Virus record (IMG/VR): IMGVR_UViG_3300013800_000004
Span: 1 to 64,000 of that record
From: a virus
Lineage: Duplodnaviria; Heunggongvirae; Uroviricota; Caudoviricetes
Length of the DNA: 64,000 bases
Strand: one strand, 5' to 3'
The notes under the pieces are model-generated. The model worked only from the letters and a program-made list of their open reading frames with translations. It did no database searches and was not told the origin of the DNA. Below are positions 34,480 to 44,494 of the stretch, piece after piece. Both the position numbers and the translations under genes were made by a program. Numbering within the stretch: position 1 is the stretch's first letter; every line of letters begins with the position of its first letter.

Positions 34480-35250
34480 ATGCCTGCCCACCCTACCCCA
34501 CTTGGGGGTCTCTACATCATCCGTCTGTCAGACACCCACTACTATGGTGGGCGATCCACCAACTGCCCTCTCCGGTGGAAAACCCACCTTCGTGACCTGA
34601 GGGCTGGCACCCACGACAACAGCCGGATGCAGGCGGTGTTCAACATCCATGGCCGGTTCGAGCCTACTGTGACTGTTCCTTGGACTGAGGGGCTGGACCT
34701 TCGGGCGGTGGAACAGCAGTGGTTGGACGAGAACTTCCGCAAACCGGGCTGTGTGAATCAGGTCTGTACGTCTGACGGAGGCGGCGGAAAATGGTCCGAC
34801 GAGCAAAAGGTGAAACGCCGTTCTTTTCTGGATTCGCACCCAGATGTGCTGGACAAAGCCCGAGAGGTGTTGAGGAAACACCACGCCCAAGCGGTTGCGG
34901 AGTCCAAGGTGGTCAGGCAACGCCCTGGTGGCTACACCAAGATCATCGAACTGAACCGGGCACGGGCTGGTGTCCCGCAGAAGCCTGAGCATGTAGCCCG
35001 GCGTGCAGAGTCCAACCGCGGACGCAAGAACACCGCTGAGACCGTCCAACGGATGTCTGAGTCGGCCAAGGTCCGCGCCCAAGCACACCCGACGGTTCAC
35101 GGCGTGGGCACCCGGGAGCTCATCTCGTCACAGCAGCGTGGCCGGGTGTGGGTCCACAATGCGACTATCAACCGTCGAGTGTGGCCCCACGAGGCTCAGG
35201 AGCTCATGTCTCAAGGCTGGGAGCCCAACAGGTTGCCCAACCGTGTCTGA
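34480..35250 (+). CDS. GIY-YIG homing endonuclease (256 aa)
   Basis: GLYIIRL…YYGGRSTN…RWKTH…NSRMQAVFNIHG, the canonical GIY-YIG/R/H/N signature. Free-standing between tail genes. Confidence 0.7.
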   Translation: MPAHPTPLGGLYIIRLSDTHYYGGRSTNCPLRWKTHLRDLRAGTHDNSRMQAVFNIHGRFEPTVTVPWTEGLDLRAVEQQWLDENFRKPGCVNQVCTSDGGGGKWSDEQKVKRRSFLDSHPDVLDKAREVLRKHHAQAVAESKVVRQRPGGYTKIIELNRARAGVPQKPEHVARRAESNRGRKNTAETVQRMSESAKVRAQAHPTVHGVGTRELISSQQRGRVWVHNATINRRVWPHEAQELMSQGWEPNRLPNRV

Positions 35251-35332
35251 TCCAAGTTCCCCCCTGAGCGGTACGGTGAGGGCGAGAGGGGGGTGACTTC
35301 TCTCGCCCTCGTCACATTCGGAGATCACCAAC

Positions 35333-36481
35333 TTGGCACTCTCACTCAAAGACCTCCAAGCAGTCATGGCCCCACTCACGGAGATTGGGAAGGGGGAGTC
35401 CACCTTCGACGTGGATGGCCTTACCATCACCATTCGCACGCTCACTCCAGAGGAGGAAATCTCTATCCAGAGGTACGCCCGTGGAGCCCTTACGGAGGGG
35501 GATGCCAACGACCAGATCAACGCCCTGGACTACCTGGATCGGTTCCGGTCGGCGTGTCTGGGGCACGCCATCATGCAGATTGGTGGCTTGGACTTCCGGG
35601 GGGTGGCCACGGTGGAGACGGGCGAGACCCTCCCGTCTGGAGTAACCGTGAAGGTCAAGAAGCACGAAGCCATCATGCAGGTGATTGGGACTTGGTCCCG
35701 ACCCATGGTGGTGGCAGTGTTCAACCGGTTCACCTCTCTCATGGAGCGCATTGAGTCGAACGTCGAGAAGAGCCTGAAGTACGACGACGATCACATCGAG
35801 GCCGAGATTGCCCGGTTGGAGGAGAAGCTCGCAGAGCTCAAGGCCACCAAGGGCAAGCAGGACTCTGGGACTCATGATCCTCGCAAGGACGCCATCGAGG
35901 TGGCCTCAGGTCGCCCCACCAAGCCCAGGGAGGAACCCGCGACGGAGCCTGACACAACTCCGGTGACATGGGAGACCGCCCGGGTGAATCGCACCTCGGA
36001 CGAGTCCCCCCTGTCTGTCGACGTGGCCGAGGGGGTACCCAAGGCCCTCGATGAGGGCGTGTCGGTGGTCCCGGTGGCAGCACAGCCCATGGTGGAGAAC
36101 CCCCCCGCGGAGGCCCCTGCGGCTCCGCAGCGTCGGTCTCCTGTGTTCGGGGAGCGCCCTCCCGTGCGGAACGTCCCCAAGGCGGAAGAGCCCTTTGACC
36201 CTCTGCAAGATGTGGCATCGTCACTGGTGGACACCAGCGACCCTGAGGTGATCGAAGCGGAGAACCGCCGCCTCATGGCGGAGCGCGCCAAGCGAATCCC
36301 TCCCCATCAGTCGGCCCGCGAGGTGGCTCAGTCCATCGAGCAGGCTGGCACCCGTGATGGGCTGCCCGTGTTCAGGATGCCGACGGAGAACCTCAACTCG
36401 GAGACCACACCGCGTGTGGTTCGGCAGCCTCCGCCGGTCACGCGGAGCAACACCAACCCCAACTTTCGCCCCGCCAAGTGA
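35333..36481 (+). CDS. Tail assembly chaperone-like protein (382 aa)
   Basis: Located just upstream of the tape-measure gene. Its N-terminal domain KDLQAVMAPLTEIGKGESTFDVDGLTITIRTL is homologous to the N-terminus of the next gene. Confidence 0.5.
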   Translation: MALSLKDLQAVMAPLTEIGKGESTFDVDGLTITIRTLTPEEEISIQRYARGALTEGDANDQINALDYLDRFRSACLGHAIMQIGGLDFRGVATVETGETLPSGVTVKVKKHEAIMQVIGTWSRPMVVAVFNRFTSLMERIESNVEKSLKYDDDHIEAEIARLEEKLAELKATKGKQDSGTHDPRKDAIEVASGRPTKPREEPATEPDTTPVTWETARVNRTSDESPLSVDVAEGVPKALDEGVSVVPVAAQPMVENPPAEAPAAPQRRSPVFGERPPVRNVPKAEEPFDPLQDVASSLVDTSDPEVIEAENRRLMAERAKRIPPHQSAREVAQSIEQAGTRDGLPVFRMPTENLNSETTPRVVRQPPPVTRSNTNPNFRPAK

Positions 36482-36484
36482 CGT

Positions 36485-37669
36485 GTGGACCGGCCCGACC
36501 GCACAGAGATGTACAAGGATCTCACGGAGCTCATCGCTCCGGGGTTCCTGTCCACGTCCATTGATGTAGACGGGCACCGCTACGGCCTTCGGTCGTTGTC
36601 GCAGAACGACCTTCTGTTTCTCCACAAGTACGTCCGAGACGACGACCCTGCGTGGCGTGTCCATCTTGTAGCGCACAGCGTGTGGATGGCCGACGGTGTG
36701 CCTCTTCTTGAGGAGTCCACCCTCGCACACAGAGTGGTGTACGACCACCTGTGCCGGGCTTCACGGGTGGTGTTTCGCGAGATGCTTGGCACTGTGTACG
36801 GGTTCTTCTCCCGGATGCGAGAGGCCAACAACTACCTGGAGTCGTACTTGTACGAGGATGACTCTCGTAGGGCGTGGCGGGGTGTTGGGAAGGGTGGCTA
36901 CCCCCTCTCTGTGAAGTCCGCTATCCCTGGTGTGGAGAAGTTGGGACTCAACCCGTTGCAATCGGCGTGGGTTTCATGGAACCAGATGGAGGACACCCGG
37001 GACGAGCAAGAGTACATCTGGTCAAACACCAAGGTGTTGGTGTCCCTTCAGTCGCACAAGGGCTACGAGAGCCTGTCCAACAAGGACCGCCAGCGGGCAG
37101 AGACCGAGGACGGGCGTCGGGCGAGCGTTCAGGACAAGGCGTGGCGCAGGTTCTGGTACGGCGAACGCCCCGAGGACAACACCAAGAACGCCCCCTCGGG
37201 CGAGGGTGTGCAGAAGGCCCGGACCACGGACGAGCTCGAAGACGAGATGCGTCGCTGGATTCGTGGTGAGCAAGACTGGCACGACTCGGTCGTGGAAGCC
37301 TACAAGAATCGCATCCGTGAGGAGCAGGACGACCGGGAGCGCCAGAAGGCCGAGATCATGGCTGAACTCCGGGCCCAGCGCGAGGCCGATGAGCAGAACC
37401 TCGGGATGCCCACCCCCAAGCTCCGTCCCATCACCCCTGAGGAGTTGGCCGAGATGCGCGGGTCTCTTGGGCCACGGTCGGGTGCTAAGTTCATCACCGA
37501 GGCAGACCCCGTTTCTCGGACTTTCAACCGCTACTTGAGACCAGCCGTGCAACCTGGAAACCTCAGCGTGGATTCGTCAGGCAACATCGTCGAGCAGCCC
37601 CCTGCCGTAGGGGGGCAGCCCTCCCTCGCGGACCGTGTGGCCAACCGCCGAGTGGTCCTCGAAAGGTAA
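36485..37669 (+). CDS. Tail assembly chaperone-like paralog (394 aa; alternative ATG at about 36509)
   Basis: N-terminus …KDLTELIAPGFLSTSIDVDGHRYGLRSL matches 35333..36481. Acidic, helical C-terminus. Confidence 0.5.
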   Translation: MDRPDRTEMYKDLTELIAPGFLSTSIDVDGHRYGLRSLSQNDLLFLHKYVRDDDPAWRVHLVAHSVWMADGVPLLEESTLAHRVVYDHLCRASRVVFREMLGTVYGFFSRMREANNYLESYLYEDDSRRAWRGVGKGGYPLSVKSAIPGVEKLGLNPLQSAWVSWNQMEDTRDEQEYIWSNTKVLVSLQSHKGYESLSNKDRQRAETEDGRRASVQDKAWRRFWYGERPEDNTKNAPSGEGVQKARTTDELEDEMRRWIRGEQDWHDSVVEAYKNRIREEQDDRERQKAEIMAELRAQREADEQNLGMPTPKLRPITPEELAEMRGSLGPRSGAKFITEADPVSRTFNRYLRPAVQPGNLSVDSSGNIVEQPPAVGGQPSLADRVANRRVVLER

Positions 37670-37678
37670 CGGATCCCC

Positions 37679-40600
37679 GTGACATTCAGAGCCAAAGCGG
37701 ATTTCTCAGACATCCTCAAGCAGGCCGAAGCTGTTGGGAAGCAGTCTGGCGATCTGTTCTCCAAGGCGATGTCCAGTTCCCTTGGTGGCAAGGACTTCTT
37801 CAAGGCCCAGTTTGCCAAGTTTAGCGCCTTCCAGAAGAAGATCGACGAGGACCGTAAGAAGTTCCTTGCGGATCAGGCCTCGATCACCAAGCGTCAGCAC
37901 ATCCTGGAACTCGCCAACTCTGGAAAGCTCCAGGAGCATCGGGAAAAGGCCGAGATTGAGCTTGACAAGCTCCGAACCAAGTTCGCCAGGGCCGTAGAGG
38001 CGCGTGACCAGAAGGAGATCGACAGCCTCAAAGAGCAGCGCAAGGCCCATGAGGACATTCTCGCTGTTGTCAAGGAGTACAGCAGTGACAAAGACAAGTT
38101 CACCAAAGACCTGAAGCAAGCGACCAAGGACTTTGACGACACCGTCGCGTCCCTGAAGGACGCGACGGGCAAAATCAAGCTGTTGTCAGGCGTCGGCGGG
38201 GCCATTGCGTCTGCTCTTGACATCGGGTTCGAGAAGGCTGGTGACAAGCTCACTGACGTTGCAGAGAAGATGGGTGACATCTTCACCAACGGGATTGATG
38301 TCACCGACCTCACCAAGAAGCTGAGTGTTGGCCTCGGTAGGGGTCTCTCTCAAGCAGGGAAATCTATTTCTGCCACAGGGGGCAAGGGCGCGCAGGCTAT
38401 GGGCGCCCTCCTCGGCAGCGTCGGGATGTTGGTCGGAGCTCTGGGTGCCCTCGTCGGGGCATTCATTGGATTTGACAAGAAGGTCAAGGAGTTCAACAAG
38501 GGCGTCATTCAGACTCACGGTGCTCTGTCCCTGATGCGGCTGGGTGCAGGCAACTTGAACGATGGCCTGAACATCCTAAGAAACACAGTCACAAACCTTT
38601 CCAGCAACTTTGGGGTTTCAGAAGACGACGCCAAGACCCTGTTTGATGCCCTGGACAAGGGTGGCATCACCCTCACGAGCATGACACAAGGGACCAGTAC
38701 CGCGAGCGCAGCCTCAGATAGGCTGTCCGCGTCTCTCCGGGATGTCTACTCGGTGGCAAACGTGACAGGCGTTAGCTTGTCCGACTACACGGACAACTTG
38801 ACGAACTACGTCAATGACCTTGCGATGTCCACACAGACGGTGAATGACAGTTTTGCGTCCATTGCAAGCATGGCCAGCCAGAGCGCATTTGGAACCCGAC
38901 GGTTTTACTCGATGGTGGTTCAGGCCACGCAAGGTCAGACATCGTTGAACACCCGGCTGGAGGACACGGGAGACCTTCTACTGCGCATGTCCAAGATCAT
39001 GGGGCAGAAGAAAGCCACAGAGGCTGTGGGAGGGGCCAAGCTGTCCGATAAATCCACTCAGGATTTGACCAAGATGGTCATCCAGTCTCGTGGGGGGATG
39101 CGCCGCGTCATTGAGCAAGAAGCCCGCGCGACATCCGGCAACCTAGCCCGTCAAGCGTATGGCAGGGGTCAAGGTGTCGCGGCAGGGGGCGCAAGATCCG
39201 CCGTGGGTCGAGCTCTGACAGCAGCCCATTTGAGCACTGATATTGCTACTGCATTGGAGCAAGCTGGCATCTCTGGGGATAGCACGGCTCTGATCAATAC
39301 CATCAAAAGGATGAACCCGGAGGCTCAGGCGGACGCGATCACCGCGATGACCAACAGCACCGACCGTGGTGTGCAGGACACAGGTCGGAGGTTGCAGGAG
39401 GTGGTCACAAACATTCGTGGGATGACAGGGGGTATTGGGGCACAGACGGAGGCAATGGCCAATTTTGGCCCCCGCGGGTCGATCATGGCTGTCATGGCAT
39501 CTACCAACGGGGTCTTGGGGAACCTCATGCAGCAGAATGGGGAGATCAGCGAGAGCAACCTGATGGCGTTGGAAAACGTGTCTGGGTACAGCCGTGAGCA
39601 ACTTGCTTCAATGAGATCTCTCCTGAGAAACTCCAACGCAACTTGGCGTACCATGACCCGTATCCAGAGTACAACCAGTAACCAGACGGATGAAGAGGCC
39701 ATTGCCTCCGCTAGGACCAATGGGGCCATTGTCAGAAACGGTAGGATCGTCCAAGCCAGCGTTGATTCCATGGGGCACTTGATTGAGGGTGCTCAACTGA
39801 CATCTGCCCGTGACATGATCGCCAACGAAAACACGGCCCTAGATGCCACGGGGGAGGCCGCTCGTACAGCAATGGACGTGGCACAGGACACGATGGACGC
39901 TACGGTTTCCGTCGCGGACATCCTGGAGAACAAGGTCGCTCGCCTGATGCAGAGTCTGTATGAGGTGATTGAAGGTCCAATCCAGTCCGCCCTGTCATGG
40001 ATTATGGACAAGATGGGTGTCCCGGGTGGTGGGGATGCCCTCCGTCGCACGAGGGAGACAACACGGGCTATTGACGAGCGGATTGCACGTATCACAGACG
40101 CAAAGAAGATGACGGCATCGGGTATTGCAAGGCAGCGGGGCATCCTCTCACGGGCTGATTCAACAGAGGAACAGAAGGTTGCGGCAAGGGTTGAGATCAA
40201 GCGTCTTCAGACAGAAGCTGAAGGTCGCCGTGACAGCGTCCGAATCCAAGCTCTGACTGAAGCCCGTGAGCGTGTGCGTAGCGGAAACACCTACGACACA
40301 AGGGCGGCAGTTCCAGAACACCTCAGAGGACAGGCTGGTGGGGTGGAAGCTCAACTGTCTCCAGAGGTCGCCGTGGCCCGCATCATTCGCCGTGCGACAG
40401 GGACGGCAGCACCCACAGGCGCGACGCCCGCTGCGCCCACGACTCCAGGCACAGCTGCCGCAACCACGACCCCAGCCACGACCCCAGGCACGGCTGCACC
40501 CGCTGCGACGGTCCCGCCGCCTCCGCCGCCCCCGGCCCATGTGGAAGCCGCAACGGCACCCGTGGCGGAACGTCTGGACGACGCACAGACACAGGCACAG

Positions 40601-41128
40601 CAGCAACACGAGCGGACTCGCCGTGAGACACGACAGCGGGACCAGCGTCAGAACGTGTTCAACGAGAAGCTCATCAAGGGGAAAGAGCTCGGTGATGGTC
40701 TGGCCATGTCAAAGCTCCCAGACGCCATCGCGGAGGCGGACGCCAAGATGCGCCTCACGGAGGCCCTGTTCAAGAGCGGCAAGACCGCCGCGGATGTCAC
40801 CCGTATCTTGTCGGGGCAGAACCTCACCGCGGCGGACAGCACCCCTGAAACCGCTGGGCTTATTGGCGCCCGTACGTTCCGTGCCGCTGGGGTCAATGAC
40901 TTCATCTCACAGGACCGTGGTGGACGTACCATCATCACCCCAATCAACCGGGCCGACCAAGTGATGGGGATGAAGCCCGGGGGTCCGGTGGCGAACGCAG
41001 GTTCCCGCGGTGGGGGTGGCAACGTGAACATCTCCATCAACGGCGGTGACGAGCGCCGGGTGTTCGACGTGGTACGTCGGGCCATTCAGCAAGCTGGCAT
41101 CACCCCCAACCGCGTACCAGGGGGCTAA
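37679..41128 (+). CDS. Tape measure protein (1149 aa)
   Basis: GTG start with GAAAGG SD. Long helical Q/A/K/E-rich sequence, an internal P/T/A-rich linker, and a glycine-rich C-terminus. It sits between the chaperone-like genes and the minor tail genes. Confidence 0.7.
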   Translation: MTFRAKADFSDILKQAEAVGKQSGDLFSKAMSSSLGGKDFFKAQFAKFSAFQKKIDEDRKKFLADQASITKRQHILELANSGKLQEHREKAEIELDKLRTKFARAVEARDQKEIDSLKEQRKAHEDILAVVKEYSSDKDKFTKDLKQATKDFDDTVASLKDATGKIKLLSGVGGAIASALDIGFEKAGDKLTDVAEKMGDIFTNGIDVTDLTKKLSVGLGRGLSQAGKSISATGGKGAQAMGALLGSVGMLVGALGALVGAFIGFDKKVKEFNKGVIQTHGALSLMRLGAGNLNDGLNILRNTVTNLSSNFGVSEDDAKTLFDALDKGGITLTSMTQGTSTASAASDRLSASLRDVYSVANVTGVSLSDYTDNLTNYVNDLAMSTQTVNDSFASIASMASQSAFGTRRFYSMVVQATQGQTSLNTRLEDTGDLLLRMSKIMGQKKATEAVGGAKLSDKSTQDLTKMVIQSRGGMRRVIEQEARATSGNLARQAYGRGQGVAAGGARSAVGRALTAAHLSTDIATALEQAGISGDSTALINTIKRMNPEAQADAITAMTNSTDRGVQDTGRRLQEVVTNIRGMTGGIGAQTEAMANFGPRGSIMAVMASTNGVLGNLMQQNGEISESNLMALENVSGYSREQLASMRSLLRNSNATWRTMTRIQSTTSNQTDEEAIASARTNGAIVRNGRIVQASVDSMGHLIEGAQLTSARDMIANENTALDATGEAARTAMDVAQDTMDATVSVADILENKVARLMQSLYEVIEGPIQSALSWIMDKMGVPGGGDALRRTRETTRAIDERIARITDAKKMTASGIARQRGILSRADSTEEQKVAARVEIKRLQTEAEGRRDSVRIQALTEARERVRSGNTYDTRAAVPEHLRGQAGGVEAQLSPEVAVARIIRRATGTAAPTGATPAAPTTPGTAAATTTPATTPGTAAPAATVPPPPPPPAHVEAATAPVAERLDDAQTQAQQQHERTRRETRQRDQRQNVFNEKLIKGKELGDGLAMSKLPDAIAEADAKMRLTEALFKSGKTAADVTRILSGQNLTAADSTPETAGLIGARTFRAAGVNDFISQDRGGRTIITPINRADQVMGMKPGGPVANAGSRGGGGNVNISINGGDERRVFDVVRRAIQQAGITPNRVPGG

Positions 41129-42091
41129 ATGGCTGGCCAGTACATCATCCCGTCAGCGTTCGAGTCACCGTTTGACGAGTTCGACGGCAGCGGCAAGCGT
41201 CCTGTCGTGTTCGACATCATTGGCCCGAACCGGCGGGACTCCCTCTTGCCGCCCGACCTGAAACTGGTGCTGCACGTCAACCCCACCTCCATGGGGTTCA
41301 CCTACGCCAAGACCATCTCCAGGCAACAGACCCTTGCGGGGTGGGTGGAGTACCACTGGGGCAGCAACCCCACGGAGATCACCTTCAACATGGCGACGGG
41401 TGGTTTCGTGCGGTTGTACTCGGGGTTGTCCAACATCACTGGCCCCACCCCGTCCAACGACTTGATCCTCCCGGCGAGCGCCCGAGCCCGAGACGTGAGG
41501 GGCACCCGGCGAGACACCATCGCGTACGACAAGTACCTGGACATGTTGTCGCTGTTCCACAACAACGGGGCCATCTACGACTCCAAGGGTGCCATCGCAT
41601 TCCAGGGTCAAGTCCTCATCTCCTACGATGGGGGTTCATGGTGGGGCTGGTTCACGACCTTCTCCGTGGAGGAGACGGCTGAGAAGCCGTATCAGTTCGC
41701 CCTCACGGCGAACTTCACCGTGGAACGGGAGGTTCATCGGACCAAGAGCGTGTACATCCCGAGGGACATGACACGGGGACCGACGGCCCCCGCCCCCGCA
41801 GAGACACCTCGGCCTATCGGGGATGAAGATGGCACCGACGATATTCCCGATGACATTGCAGGGCCCTCCCCGACCGCAAACACGGCAATCCCGAGGCCGC
41901 CCCGTCGGGGTGGAGGGAGCGGGGGTGGGACAAGGCCCACACGGACCAGCACTGGCGCCACGGTTACCACAGCGCCCCCCGCGCAAGGTCAGCTTGCTCC
42001 GGCACCCGCTCCGGCACCCGCTCCGGCACCTAGTGGGGCTTCCGTTGGCGGTGGGTGGTACGAAGCTCCAGGGCGCGGCCCCTTGAGGTGA
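41129..42091 (+). CDS. Minor tail protein (distal tail/baseplate-like, 320 aa) with a (PA)6 repeat
   Basis: ATG immediately after the tape-measure stop. Confidence 0.55.
   Translation: MAGQYIIPSAFESPFDEFDGSGKRPVVFDIIGPNRRDSLLPPDLKLVLHVNPTSMGFTYAKTISRQQTLAGWVEYHWGSNPTEITFNMATGGFVRLYSGLSNITGPTPSNDLILPASARARDVRGTRRDTIAYDKYLDMLSLFHNNGAIYDSKGAIAFQGQVLISYDGGSWWGWFTTFSVEETAEKPYQFALTANFTVEREVHRTKSVYIPRDMTRGPTAPAPAETPRPIGDEDGTDDIPDDIAGPSPTANTAIPRPPRRGGGSGGGTRPTRTSTGATVTTAPPAQGQLAPAPAPAPAPAPSGASVGGGWYEAPGRGPLR
41996..42031 (+). repeat. (GCTCCGGCACCC)3 tandem repeat encoding (AP)6 inside the minor tail gene
   Basis: Direct reading. Confidence 0.6.
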
Positions 42092-42136
42092 ACACAGGTC
42101 GTGATGCCAGATGGCACTATAGTCTTCAGGTAATGA

Positions 42137-43372
42137 ATGACCAAGCCACTCCAAGCACCGGCTCAGTTTGTCGGGGTCCCTGACCCCCCCAACTTCTTCC
42201 GGTTCATCGACGTACAAGAGGGCATCCCGCTGGACGGGTCGAACTCCGACCTCCGGTCGTATTCGCCCTTCGTCATTCGGGTGCTACTGCCCTCCATCCT
42301 TGGTGGTGACAGCAACGCCCTGTTGCAGACCCAACAGAGCATCAACCGGGCGCCTGCTACGGGCACGGTGCGGAACGACAACCGGGACGCCGTGGCGTAC
42401 TCTGCGGCACAATCTGGTTCCCAGGGCGACCCCTCGGGTGCTGGCTCGTACAAGAACCTGTTGAGCTTGGGCAGTGCCCTCCCAGGCCTGACGGCGGCAT
42501 CACAGGTCACCCTGGACGAAGCCTACAACCAAGCCCTGTTCAACCAAGTATACGGGCCAGCGGTCCGCGCTGCAACGCGCCCGCCCTCGACCACTGGGAA
42601 CAACGTGGTCACCCCAGCATTGTCCAACGACATCTCGGCCCTGTCCCTTGCGGTGCAGTTGAAGCAGCTGAGCAGCATCCCGCCGTTGCTCATGCTCATC
42701 AATCCGGCTTCGATGCAGACGACCTACACCAAGGTCGCACAGCACCAAAGTCGCAATCGCAACGGGTACATCTACGAGGCCTGGGGTGAGGAGATGCCCA
42801 AGATCTCATTCACCTTCAAGATCGGAGCGTACACCGCAGGGCTGGCCAACCCAACACAGAAGGGGTCTGTTGTGTCGGGGGTCCAGCGGGCGAGCCGCAA
42901 CGACAGCGCCGCGTACCAGCAACTCCAGAACATGCTGGCCTTGTACCAAGGAGGCACGTACCTCCAGGACACCATCACGAAGTCCAGGGCGTTCCCGATG
43001 GTGGGGAACTTGGCCATTGAGTACGACCAGATGGTGTACGTCGGGCACATGGAGAGCTTCAACTTCACCGACGACGAGACACACCCCCATGGCGGATTGG
43101 AGATCGCCATTGAGTTCGTCGCGAACAAGGTGTTCGACGTGGCCGAGGCTCCCGGTACCATCCTCCCAATGGAGAACCCCGCTCTACCACAGGACCGCAA
43201 CCGAGGGGCACTCTCTCGCTCGGGCACTGGAAACAGGGTGTCGTTCTTCAGTGTTCCAGGTATCGGCGGAACCAACCCCGCAGCACAAACTGCCAACCGA
43301 GCTTGGCAGAGTGTCGCACAGCCCAGCCCACAGCCCGGACAGACTTCGGGTGTGTTCCTCACCCGAAGGTGA
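42137..43372 (+). CDS. Minor tail protein (411 aa)
   Basis: ATG with AGGTAA upstream. In the structural gene order. Confidence 0.55.
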   Translation: MTKPLQAPAQFVGVPDPPNFFRFIDVQEGIPLDGSNSDLRSYSPFVIRVLLPSILGGDSNALLQTQQSINRAPATGTVRNDNRDAVAYSAAQSGSQGDPSGAGSYKNLLSLGSALPGLTAASQVTLDEAYNQALFNQVYGPAVRAATRPPSTTGNNVVTPALSNDISALSLAVQLKQLSSIPPLLMLINPASMQTTYTKVAQHQSRNRNGYIYEAWGEEMPKISFTFKIGAYTAGLANPTQKGSVVSGVQRASRNDSAAYQQLQNMLALYQGGTYLQDTITKSRAFPMVGNLAIEYDQMVYVGHMESFNFTDDETHPHGGLEIAIEFVANKVFDVAEAPGTILPMENPALPQDRNRGALSRSGTGNRVSFFSVPGIGGTNPAAQTANRAWQSVAQPSPQPGQTSGVFLTRR

Positions 43373-43403
43373 TCGACCATGTCCATCCAGAACAGGCCCT
43401 AGC

Positions 43404-44240
43404 CTATGCGGCTACCAGGGTGCCTTCGGTAGATCGTGCCAGGGCCGCAAGTCGTTCCGCTTTCTTTCGCCGCTTGGTTTCGATGATCTTCTGTCGCTTT
43501 TCGGGTGTGCATGGCCGACCCTTGAGCGCGGCAGCTATCCGGTCACGCTGCTCCACGGTAAAAGTCCGGCCTTTCCCCTTGGATGACAGTTTGTCCCTGG
43601 TTTCCTGACTGACAGGTGGCCTAGAACGGGCCGACATGGACATTTTTTCACGGGATTCTTGGGATGGGTGTTTCCCACACAGCTTCGCTCTGTGTTCCGG
43701 GGACAACTCCCTGCCCATCAGGGCTTTCGATTTTCGAGCTCGTGTTTCATCTGACTCAGGCGGTCGTCTAAGACCAGCGGCAGATATTTTGGCCCTGTGT
43801 TCCGGCGTGTGTTTTCGACCTGTGTGCGAGGCCAGGAGCTTGGCTGCGTGTTCCGGTGACAGGCGTTTCCCTTTGTGGGACGCAGCGATCTTCGCCCGAT
43901 GCTCAGGGGTCAGTTTCATGCCCGGTGTACCACCCAGCCCACCTTCTGTGATGTTGTACCCGTTAGGCGCTCGGGTCACCAGAAAGTTGATCCAGTGAAT
44001 TTCCTTGGCACTCAACTCATCCGCCGACGATGCCGTGTCGATGACCCGCACAGTAAAATTGGTCACGCCGTATTTCCCCATTGAACGGCTCAAAGCCCAT
44101 GGCTCTTTTCCAGCGCAGTTCACATGCTCTGACCACCTGAGCCCCACCCCACGGGTGGTCTGCCCAACGTACTGTTTCCCGTTGATTGTGCATGTGATGA
44201 CGTAGACCTCCCCGTAGGGCTTGGGCTCCGCGGGGGTCAC
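43404..44240 (-). CDS. GIY-YIG homing endonuclease with tandem NUMOD3-like SPEHRAK repeats (278 aa)
   Basis: YGEVYVITCTINGKQYVGQT…RWSEH…NGYNITEGG plus about 7 repeats of (L/H)(S/T)PEHRAK(I/L). On the opposite strand to the surrounding tail genes. Confidence 0.7.
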   Translation of the reverse strand: MTPAEPKPYGEVYVITCTINGKQYVGQTTRGVGLRWSEHVNCAGKEPWALSRSMGKYGVTNFTVRVIDTASSADELSAKEIHWINFLVTRAPNGYNITEGGLGGTPGMKLTPEHRAKIAASHKGKRLSPEHAAKLLASHTGRKHTPEHRAKISAAGLRRPPESDETRARKSKALMGRELSPEHRAKLCGKHPSQESREKMSMSARSRPPVSQETRDKLSSKGKGRTFTVEQRDRIAAALKGRPCTPEKRQKIIETKRRKKAERLAALARSTEGTLVAA

Positions 44241-44392
44241 TTCCCCGCCTCCGTCCGTTGGGTCTTCAGCATCGCGGCGACCACGAGGTCCCGGATGATC
44301 GCAGAGGTTGTGGAGCGTCGTCGGGCGGCTTCCTCACGAACCCAAGCCGAGACATCATCCGGGAGGTAGACCTTGGTGTGTTTGGTTTCCAT
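44237..44392 (-). CDS. Ribbon-helix-helix (Arc/MetJ/CopG-like) DNA-binding protein, about 51 aa (below the ORF-track cutoff)
   Basis: METKHTKVYLPDDVSAWVREEAARRRSTTSAIIRDLVVAAMLKTQRTEAGK*. Its stop overlaps the GTG start of the GIY-YIG gene. Palindromes lie immediately upstream. Confidence 0.45.
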   Translation of the reverse strand: METKHTKVYLPDDVSAWVREEAARRRSTTSAIIRDLVVAAMLKTQRTEAGK

Positions 44393-44398
44393 GTCAGA

Positions 44399-44417
44399 CA
44401 GTACCCATCCGGTACTG
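44399..44417. promoter_or_regulatory. Inverted repeat CAGTACC-catcc-GGTACTG immediately upstream of the RHH gene start; putative operator
   Basis: 7-bp perfect inverted repeat with a 5-nt spacer, 6 nt from the RHH ATG. Half-sites TACC/GGTA. Confidence 0.35.
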
Positions 44418-44420
44418 GGC

Positions 44421-44441
44421 CGGTATCAACAATCTACCGGA
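44421..44441. promoter_or_regulatory. Second inverted repeat CCGGTA-tcaacaatc-TACCGG in the same intergenic region
   Basis: 6-bp perfect inverted repeat sharing the GGTA/TACC half-sites. Confidence 0.3.
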
Positions 44442-44494
44442 TTACCTCCAGCCGCCCTAGACCGCCTATCTCACCAGAGGGGTAAGGTCCATCA

